From: a virus
Taxonomy: Duplodnaviria; Heunggongvirae; Uroviricota; Caudoviricetes
IMG/VR virus record: IMGVR_UViG_3300046008_000242
Coordinates: 185,363-249,362 of that record
Reading direction: 5' to 3' (one strand)
DNA: 64,000 nucleotides
The position numbers were made by a program, and so were the translations under genes. Position 1 is the first letter of the stretch. Each line of letters opens with the position of its first letter. The notes under the pieces are model-generated. The model was not told the origin of the DNA, made no database searches, and was given only the letters and a program-made list of their open reading frames with translations. Shown here in pieces: positions 19,075 to 25,840 of this stretch.

Positions 19075-19287
19075 TTAAAGATACATTTCATTGATTACTT
19101 CCAATTCAGTTCTGGTCATCATATAGATTACATAATGTCTGTCGTGTAACCAATCAGATAATGTTTTTAATCTATTCTTCTCTAATGTGCCACCATAGTA
19201 GATGGTATCAGTTGTTCCGCTTTCTTCATCAATCAGTTTAGTGGAGCCAACAAACAATTCTAATTTAAACTTTTTAATTTTCACCAA
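19075..19287 (-). CDS. hypothetical protein, 70 aa
   Basis: ORF track. Confidence 0.4.
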   Translation of the reverse strand: MVKIKKFKLELFVGSTKLIDEESGTTDTIYYGGTLEKNRLKTLSDWLHDRHYVIYMMTRTELEVINEMYL

Positions 19288-19549
19288 ATGTATCCTGTAA
19301 AAGTTTTATCAAGTTATATTCCACGATTAGGAATCTTTCATCTTTTTCAATAGATTCATTATCTGTTATACAAATTACACATTGTCCATATTCAAAAATT
19401 CTATCGCAGATAAGATATACATCTTTACTTTCCTTGACAATATCTTCTTTAGATAGACCAGTGTGTTTTATAAGATAATTTCTGAATCTAGTGAAGTTAT
19501 CATAAAAAGGTATAACCTTCTTATCTTCAATCTTTATATTTAATCTCAC
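19274..19549 (-). CDS. hypothetical protein, 91 aa
   Basis: ORF track. Confidence 0.45.
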   Translation of the reverse strand: MRLNIKIEDKKVIPFYDNFTRFRNYLIKHTGLSKEDIVKESKDVYLICDRIFEYGQCVICITDNESIEKDERFLIVEYNLIKLLQDTFGEN

Positions 19550-19995
19550 TTCATCTGTCCTGTATTCCTAAAATGTTGAGTTAATTCTAATGCCAATTCG
19601 TGTTGTTTAGAAAGACTTTTATATGGAACAACGAATCTCCAATACGGTCTTGATTTGTTTTTATTTTCAATCAAGATAATCTTGGCATAATCTGTTAATA
19701 CCAAATTATTTTGTTCAGCGTACCCTAAGATTTGTTCATGCGATGGTTTAAAATTTAATTTACCACATAAAAATGATTCAGTAAGAATAACATTTTGTTC
19801 TTTAATCTGACGTTCCTTGTTGACATCATCTAACACGTCTTGGATGTAATCGATTCGATTTTGTAGGAATTCATCAAATTCAGATGTTGTTTCCATATCA
19901 TTCTCGATTTTATATTGGATAACATGTTTGATTGTCGATAATGTACCAACAAGTAATTGTTCATTGGTTTGTGTAATTAGTTGTCTTATGGTCAT
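19546..19995 (-). CDS. hypothetical protein, 149 aa
   Basis: ORF track. Confidence 0.5.
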   Translation of the reverse strand: MTIRQLITQTNEQLLVGTLSTIKHVIQYKIENDMETTSEFDEFLQNRIDYIQDVLDDVNKERQIKEQNVILTESFLCGKLNFKPSHEQILGYAEQNNLVLTDYAKIILIENKNKSRPYWRFVVPYKSLSKQHELALELTQHFRNTGQMK

Positions 19996-20004
19996 CTGGT
20001 TCTC

Positions 20005-20301
20005 TTATTGTTCTACGAATACGAAAGTGCAGTTACTTTGGTTAATCATACAAGTTTTCAATTTATTCTTTAACTCCAGTGGATTCATCTGGTCTATGTA
20101 TTTGAATGTCATTTCAATCTCATGAGTCTGTTCCATTTTGTACTGATGATATGTCTCAAAAAATCCAACAGAACACATAATGAATAGACAACCAGATACA
20201 TTGATAAACAATTTATCTTTTTTATGTTTGTATAATTGGACAGTTCCATATAAAAGAACTAACATCAAGATTGAATTTGCTAGAGCAATATAAGACCACA
20301 C
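20005..20301 (-). CDS. membrane protein, 98 aa
   Basis: Two hydrophobic helices. Confidence 0.45.
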   Translation of the reverse strand: MWSYIALANSILMLVLLYGTVQLYKHKKDKLFINVSGCLFIMCSVGFFETYHQYKMEQTHEIEMTFKYIDQMNPLELKNKLKTCMINQSNCTFVFVEQ

Positions 20302-20523
20302 GGTGATAACCTCTTTAAAATGATTGAATTAAAATTTACTCTTGTATCTTAAACAATAGATTAGAAATGTTCACTTGAACCACTTCATTTGTGTCGAATC
20401 TATGTATTAGGATATCTGGAGTTGCATGATTGGTGAAATACGGGTCAGAAATAATCTGACATTTAATGGAACATGATTTTAAAAACATTATGTTACCAAT
20501 TAAATTACTTTTAATTGTGGAAA

Positions 20524-20796
20524 TCATTGTTTTGCCCAATAATCATAACTCATATCAGAGAGGATAGAATTAATCAAATCTATCGATTCATTAGATAAAT
20601 CTTTCCAATGAAAATTAGCAACAATCTCGCCATCTTCATCGCTCCAATATAAACGTTTAAATCCGTTTTTCATTACAATGTTTACGATTTCTCCATTAAA
20701 TTTAATATCTTCATAAATACCATCTGGTAATGGCGGAACATATGTGTCTTCGTCATGCCCTCTAAAGAACCAATCGTCATAATCACTCGATGTCAT
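20524..20796 (-). CDS. hypothetical protein, 90 aa
   Basis: ORF track. The neighbouring ORF 20336..20539 (67 aa) is weaker. Confidence 0.45.
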   Translation of the reverse strand: MTSSDYDDWFFRGHDEDTYVPPLPDGIYEDIKFNGEIVNIVMKNGFKRLYWSDEDGEIVANFHWKDLSNESIDLINSILSDMSYDYWAKQ

Positions 20797-20805
20797 TTTA
20801 TTACC

Positions 20806-21081
20806 TCACATTTTAACAATTATTTCTAACGAACCAAGCGTTAGAACAGGTTTACATACATTATACAATCCAACAAATTCTTGGATGAAGATAGTTTCAA
20901 ATCTTCCGATTGTTTGTGTTTTAGAATCAAATTTAAACTTGACGCCAACGCAACCATTTTCGTTTGTTGTAATGATAAAACGTTTTGGTAACAATTCACC
21001 ATTTAACGAGATTGAATAAACGGTTTTTGTTTGACCAGATTTAGTTATTTTTCTAATTATTGTGGCATTATATATTGTCAT
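20806..21081 (-). CDS. hypothetical protein, 91 aa
   Basis: ORF track; first gene downstream of a PeSL promoter. Confidence 0.5.
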   Translation of the reverse strand: MTIYNATIIRKITKSGQTKTVYSISLNGELLPKRFIITTNENGCVGVKFKFDSKTQTIGRFETIFIQEFVGLYNVCKPVLTLGSLEIIVKM

Positions 21082-21111
21082 GGCGATAACCTATTAGATA
21101 ATTGTTTTAAT

Positions 21112-21172
21112 TTCATTGGATTCCTCCAACTTGAAATCTATTATAAAGGTTATCTTTAACATCGAAAGAATT
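21112..21172 (-). promoter_or_regulatory. PeSL-like early promoter cassette
   Basis: Minus strand reads ATTCTTTCGATGTTAAAGATAACCTT-TATAAT-AGATTTCAAGTTGGAGGAATCCAATGAA. It combines a TTTCGA -35-like element, a 16-17 nt spacer, TATAAT, and a leader hairpin UUGGA-GGAA-UCCAA. It overlaps the 3' end of the lipase ORF. Confidence 0.6.
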
Positions 21173-21802
21173 TTCTAAACATTTTATATAATAATTAATG
21201 TTATGTGAATCTGGGATAAACTTCCCAGTCAATCTATCCTTGATTCTATCAAATGTGTTGTATCCTTTTGTTATTTGACCTTTGGAATTGATATAGATTA
21301 ACTGACCATGATGGAAATAAGGATATAACGGAGTCATGGGTGCGTAATCATAAGCAGCAGAAAATCTATAATGTTCAACCTTTGTATTATTGACAAATCT
21401 GTTTGACCCTATTCTGGGTGAACCGAATGTGTATATAATAACATCTTCTCTTTGTATTAGATGAGAAAATACAACAGCGATTGCTCCACCTAAAGAATGA
21501 CCGGTCAACCACAATTTCTTGTTATCATCTAATCTATGTTTGATTAGACCAAATAAGATTTCCGAATACGCCAAGAATCCAGATTGGACACCATCCCTAA
21601 ATTTGAACGATACGTCCACAATCCAATCTTCAGGTTCATCTGTACCCCTGAAAATAATTATTTGTTCCGTTTTAGATTCCAGTAAGAATGCTTGTGCACC
21701 ATTATCTGAAAATAATTCAACAGAATATCCTTCTACATGTAATCTATCATTATATGATTGTTTGGATAAATTAGCAAAGAATAATGCATCATATAAATTC
21801 AT
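21113..21802 (-). CDS. class-3 lipase-like alpha/beta hydrolase
   Basis: GHSLGGAIA nucleophile elbow, plus upstream FRGTDEPEDW and the following YTFGSPRIG characteristic of the lipase_3 family. The track start at 21826 is a TTG; the first ATG is at 21802. Confidence 0.65.
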   Translation of the reverse strand: MNLYDALFFANLSKQSYNDRLHVEGYSVELFSDNGAQAFLLESKTEQIIIFRGTDEPEDWIVDVSFKFRDGVQSGFLAYSEILFGLIKHRLDDNKKLWLTGHSLGGAIAVVFSHLIQREDVIIYTFGSPRIGSNRFVNNTKVEHYRFSAAYDYAPMTPLYPYFHHGQLIYINSKGQITKGYNTFDRIKDRLTGKFIPDSHNINYYIKCLENSFDVKDNLYNRFQVGGIQ

Positions 21803-22053
21803 TTTTTCTTGCTCCAAATAATACAATCCGCACGCTCCATTAAAAAATAGATTACATTAAGTGGAGCGACAACCGGAGAAAATATAACAAAGACAACAGC
21901 ATAACATAGGTCACCCAATGTCATTTCTTCGTTTTCAATAATTTCTTTCCAAGAGTCATATACCACCACAATTAAACAACAAGTTAAATATACAATAATC
22001 ATTTCACCACCAATACCAATAATAAACTTTGTTTCCTTGATTGATATGGTCAA
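21799..22053 (-). CDS. membrane protein, 84 aa
   Basis: ORF track; hydrophobic. Confidence 0.4.
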   Translation of the reverse strand: MTISIKETKFIIGIGGEMIIVYLTCCLIVVVYDSWKEIIENEEMTLGDLCYAVVFVIFSPVVAPLNVIYFLMERADCIIWSKKK

Positions 22054-22258
22054 TCAATTTATCCGCTAAACTTGAAATCATTCCTTCTCCTAGAGTATCT
22101 AATTCAAATTGTTCGATATCCTCTATTGTTAATTCAGACCAAGTCTGTTCATCAAATTTATCCTTGAAATAATGGTATGTTTTCTTACAAGAACCACCGT
22201 ATCCAGCAATCTTTTCACCGTCTTTATTTTTAATCTCAATATCTGTATCTAAACTCAT
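22004..22258 (-). CDS. hypothetical protein, 84 aa
   Basis: ORF track. Confidence 0.4.
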   Translation of the reverse strand: MSLDTDIEIKNKDGEKIAGYGGSCKKTYHYFKDKFDEQTWSELTIEDIEQFELDTLGEGMISSLADKLIDHINQGNKVYYWYWW

Positions 22259-22452
22259 AAATCATTCCAACCTTTCTTATTAAAATAATCCCAAACATAT
22301 AACCAGATTAGACAGAACAATGGAAATGCGTATCTAATATCATATATTTGTATAACATCTTGTATTTTAAGGTGTTGAAAATATATGAATGGAAATGCAC
22401 CCAATGTAATAGGACTAAACAATACAATCAAATACCAACATGTCTTTTTCAT
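22255..22452 (-). CDS. small membrane protein, 65 aa
   Basis: ORF track; hydrophobic. Confidence 0.4.
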   Translation of the reverse strand: MKKTCWYLIVLFSPITLGAFPFIYFQHLKIQDVIQIYDIRYAFPLFCLIWLYVWDYFNKKGWNDL

Positions 22453-22878
22453 TTAATATCTCGATGATGAATAAATCTCACCGCGTTTGTTTGAAATTGT
22501 ATATACAGATCCTTGACCATCATATCTTCTGAAATCATAACCTCGGTAACTATACCAATATGATTCAAACTTATTCCAATCTAGTTCAGATTCATGAGAT
22601 TGTCCATATAATTCAGATGTTTCAAATATTATTTCTAACCAACCATTTCTACCAATGTTGAATTTGTTTATAATTTTATTGATAAACTCATCAAATCTTA
22701 CGTCATCCATATCATTAATGATAACAGATAATCTTTCAATACGATCTTCTTTATGTTTCAACATCTTACAATGTCTTTCTAATTTAGCATCAAATTCGTC
22801 TGTTTTCAGGTAATCAAGGAACCGCTGAATATGCGGTGGGAATTTAACCAATTTGTTATCAATCATAATTAGCACCAA
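22453..22878 (-). CDS. hypothetical protein, 141 aa
   Basis: ORF track. Confidence 0.5.
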   Translation of the reverse strand: MVLIMIDNKLVKFPPHIQRFLDYLKTDEFDAKLERHCKMLKHKEDRIERLSVIINDMDDVRFDEFINKIINKFNIGRNGWLEIIFETSELYGQSHESELDWNKFESYWYSYRGYDFRRYDGQGSVYTISNKRGEIYSSSRY

Positions 22879-23123
22879 CGGTTTTTCAAAATATCAGCAG
22901 TTTTTTGATTCATATATAAACCATCTGATGTTTGGTAAATTTCACCATCAGGGATACAGTTCACCCAATTAAATCCAAAGACGGTTTCTAACCAATCATC
23001 TATTTTATTTCGAAATGTATCAGACACCATAACATTCTGCGATAATGATTCCTTTCTTACCTTTACATTAGGTGCTACCACAATTTTAGTTCCATTTAAC
23101 CAACCAATATTATTAAGATTCAT
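22869..23123 (-). CDS. hypothetical protein, 84 aa
   Basis: ORF track. Confidence 0.45.
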   Translation of the reverse strand: MNLNNIGWLNGTKIVVAPNVKVRKESLSQNVMVSDTFRNKIDDWLETVFGFNWVNCIPDGEIYQTSDGLYMNQKTADILKNRWC

Positions 23124-23437
23124 GATTGTTCACCCAGTGTCTTAATATTAATTAAACCAATTATACAAATTGGATACGAATCTTTTCCTCTGTAGAATTG
23201 GAGATTCATAATAGATTGGTTAGGAAATGTTCCAGATTGTATAACATAATCGAATGGTACAATCATATTTTCATGATATAATGTACATTCATTAACGTAC
23301 CAGATAATTTCATACTTCTTTCCATCGATGACAAATTTCCTAGATCTATCGAAGGTGTCGTCACCCATTTCAGAACAAAGTAAAGATATACTTGGGTGAT
23401 TTAATACAGTGTCTAATTGTTCAATACTGATGTTCAT
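23120..23437 (-). CDS. hypothetical protein, 105 aa
   Basis: ORF track. Confidence 0.45.
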   Translation of the reverse strand: MNISIEQLDTVLNHPSISLLCSEMGDDTFDRSRKFVIDGKKYEIIWYVNECTLYHENMIVPFDYVIQSGTFPNQSIMNLQFYRGKDSYPICIIGLINIKTLGEQS

Positions 23438-23697
23438 AAATGTCCGTCGATAAATGATAAGATTTCTTCAGCAGAAGACAATTTAACAGAATCTTGAATG
23501 TCGATATATAATCCGTTCTTCTGGATGTTGGAGATGTAACAACTTTCTGTTACATCATTGACATACACATCAACACTCAATGATTTGTTGGATAAGTTGA
23601 TTCCTCTTGTTGTACTCAATTTAAACGGAGAAACCAAGAATCTTTCTCTTAACAACTCATCGAATTGTAATTTATTGTGGAATGTTTCTTTTGACAT
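23434..23697 (-). CDS. hypothetical protein, 87 aa
   Basis: ORF track. Confidence 0.45.
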   Translation of the reverse strand: MSKETFHNKLQFDELLRERFLVSPFKLSTTRGINLSNKSLSVDVYVNDVTESCYISNIQKNGLYIDIQDSVKLSSAEEILSFIDGHL

Positions 23698-23701
23698 GAC
23701 T

Positions 23702-23893
23702 TTACCCTTTACAAACCATTGAATAACCTAAGATGGAACCTTCATTCATCTTACGCAATAAGATTTCATATTCTTGTTTTGTTCTGAGACATTCAGAATA
23801 TGTTGGAAAATCAAATTTGATTTCTTTTGTGATTGTTTGATTTGGGAATGCGGAGATACCCAAGGACAAGATGGAAATGATTAAAGTAGTCAT
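23702..23893 (-). CDS. small secreted protein, 63 aa
   Basis: N-terminal signal-peptide-like MTTLIISILSLGISAF. Confidence 0.45.
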   Translation of the reverse strand: MTTLIISILSLGISAFPNQTITKEIKFDFPTYSECLRTKQEYEILLRKMNEGSILGYSMVCKG

Positions 23894-23921
23894 ATGTTAA
23901 CCTCTAATGTGAATTGAAAGA

Positions 23922-23980
23922 ATCATTGGTGAACCAACTTGAAATCTATTATAACGGTTTTAATTGGAGTCGAAAGAATT
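23922..23980 (-). promoter_or_regulatory. PeSL-like early promoter cassette (variant)
   Basis: Plus strand reads cattggtgaaccaacttgaaatctattataacgg...gtcgaaagaatt. The stem here is TTGGT/ACCAA. Confidence 0.5.
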
Positions 23981-24098
23981 ATTATGGGATATGATTAAAA
24001 TATATGGATGTATCTATGTTGAAATAAAGTCGAGGAATACACTAGAACATAATATAGTAATATTAAATGACCTAACGAACATAACTCAAAGGATCGAC

Positions 24099-24134
24099 AT
24101 AGTCTATCATACTACTCTTTCTACCATTTCGAAA
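24099..24134 (-). promoter_or_regulatory. sigma70-like promoter of repeat unit 1
   Basis: Minus strand TTTCGA-N17-TATGAT. There is no terminator before PeSL 23922, so it probably reads into gene 23702..23893. Confidence 0.4.
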
Positions 24135-24394
24135 GGAGTATCGGATGTTGATGTTTACACATTCTATGTCTAAGATTACTCTTTCGATGATTAATGTATC
24201 GAAATAATCTTCATATATTCTTTCGATATGTTGAATTAACAGCAGACGTCCATATTTGGATTATATGGAACGTAAATTACACATGACATAGAGTTGATTG
24301 GGTGATATACAGAACGTTCCACTAGAGTGGATTAACGTCCAAATAATGGATGATTTGATGTATATTATTGGTAGAGAAAATGTAAATTATACGC

Positions 24395-24574
24395 AATAAA
24401 AATCCCGAAGGAACTTTTGGTTCTCAACGGGATCTAAATGTGGCTCGAAGATTTTATATGGGAATATTGTTGTAAATGAATGTCTATAATATGAATAATA
24501 AACGTCTAAGTTATGATATAGTGATATTAAAACCATATAAACATAATTAATATACCTAACTCAAAGTGTCGACA
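24395..24574 (-). ncRNA. candidate ORF-less small RNA, about 180 nt (repeat unit 2)
   Basis: Minus-strand promoter TTGACT-N17-TATAGT (plus-strand coordinates 24581-24609). About 175 nt downstream lies an intrinsic terminator (hairpin AUCCCG...CGGGAU plus UUUUUAUUGCG, 24395-24433). The longest ORF is under 20 aa. Confidence 0.45.
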
Positions 24575-24825
24575 TAGTCTACTATAACGAGGTTTCATCG
24601 AAAAGTCAAGAGAAATCTTTAATTGATTATATCAAGCTCGATGCGTATTTGTATCCTTTCGATGATTAAGACTCTTTCGATATGTCATTATTACAAGAAA
24701 CGTCTATATTTGTTGTATATTGTTCGTTTATTTTATATGACGTAGAGTTGATTGGATGATATACAGAACGTTCCACTAGAGTCCATTAACGAGCAAATAA
24801 TGGATGTTATAAGAAACCTTTACGC

Positions 24826-25000
24826 AATAAAAATCCTGTTTAGATATTATTCTAAACAGGATGAAATGGGGTTCGAATGATTTTATATGTCGATAATGAA
24901 TATAATAAACATCTAAATGCATATAATAAAGTCGAGGAAGACACTTGATAATATTAAACCATCTAAATGTAAACAACGGATATAACTCAAAACGTCGACA
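24826..25000 (-). ncRNA. candidate ORF-less small RNA, about 175 nt (repeat unit 3)
   Basis: Promoter TTTCGA-N17-TATACT (25007-25035). Terminator hairpin AUCCUGUUUAGA...UCUAAACAGGAU plus UUUUUAUUGCG (24826-24862). Confidence 0.45.
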
Positions 25001-25263
25001 TAGTCTAGTATAATGGAGTTTTATCGATTTCGAAAGGAGTTTAAGACTCTGGTAGATATTGAATCGATGTTTATTTGCATCCTTCGATGATTAAGATTAC
25101 CATTAAAGACTCTTTCGATATGTTGATTATACATTGTCGTTCCATATTTGTCTATTATTGCTCGTTTATTTTACATGTCATAGAGTTGATTGGGTTGTAT
25201 ATGAAACAATGCATTAAGATGGATTATTGGACAAATAATGGATGTTATAAGAAACCTTTACGC

Positions 25264-25451
25264 AATAAAAATCCCACTCAGAAACTAATCTGGTGGGATG
25301 ATTAAATGGATTCGAAGGTTTTTATATGGGAATAATGTTGTAAATGATAGTCTTAATATGATTAGTTAATGTATAATAAACGTCTAAGTTACATTAAAAC
25401 ATAATATAGTAATATTAAATGACCTAAAGAACATAACTCAAAGGATCGACA
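25264..25451 (-). ncRNA. candidate ORF-less small RNA, about 188 nt (repeat unit 4)
   Basis: Promoter TTTCGA-N17-TATGAT (25458-25486). Terminator hairpin AUCCCACC...GGUGGGAU plus UUUUUAUUGCG (25264-25299). Confidence 0.45.
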
Positions 25452-25840
25452 TAGTCTATCATAATGGAGTATTAGAGATTTCGAAAGGAGTATCTTTCCG
25501 TGTATATTACATACTCGATGTCTAAGATAACTCTTTCGATGATTAAGATATCTCTAACATCGAAACATTCTTTCGATATGTCATTATTACACAGGAACAC
25601 TTATATTTGTTGATTAAACAATGTTAATTATACATGATGTAGAGTTGATTGCTCCGTATATTAAAGATTCCATTAGAGTGGATTATTGGACAAATAACAG
25701 ATGGTTTGGTGTTTATTCTATATAAAATAACAATACACAATAAAAATCCAGGTTTGAGTTTCTGACTCTTTCGATGTCGAGATTATCAGTTTGGATATAT
25801 CGTACAAATAAATATCTTTATACAACAAAAAGGAACCTAC

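Larger units (their letters stand above)
23990..25800. repeat. tandem array of four units of about 450 bp, with no ORF above 20 aa
   Basis: These blocks recur with the same period of about 430-470 bp: gtcgaggaa, acataactcaaaggatcgacatagtcta, tttcgaaaggagt, ctctttcgatgattaag, ttctttcgatatg, the 45-bp GGAACGTTCC motif, aaataatggatg, and tacgcaataaaaatcc plus a hairpin. Confidence 0.8.

Noticed and set aside
21112-21172. T4-type late promoter (TATAAATA) in the repeated cassette
   Set aside because: In gene orientation the conserved core is TATAAT, preceded at 16-17 nt by a -35-like element. It does not match the late consensus.
23990-25800. Possible CRISPR array
   Set aside because: The repeat unit is about 450 bp with internal structure (promoter, palindromes, terminator). 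There are no short direct repeats of 28-37 bp alternating with unique spacers.
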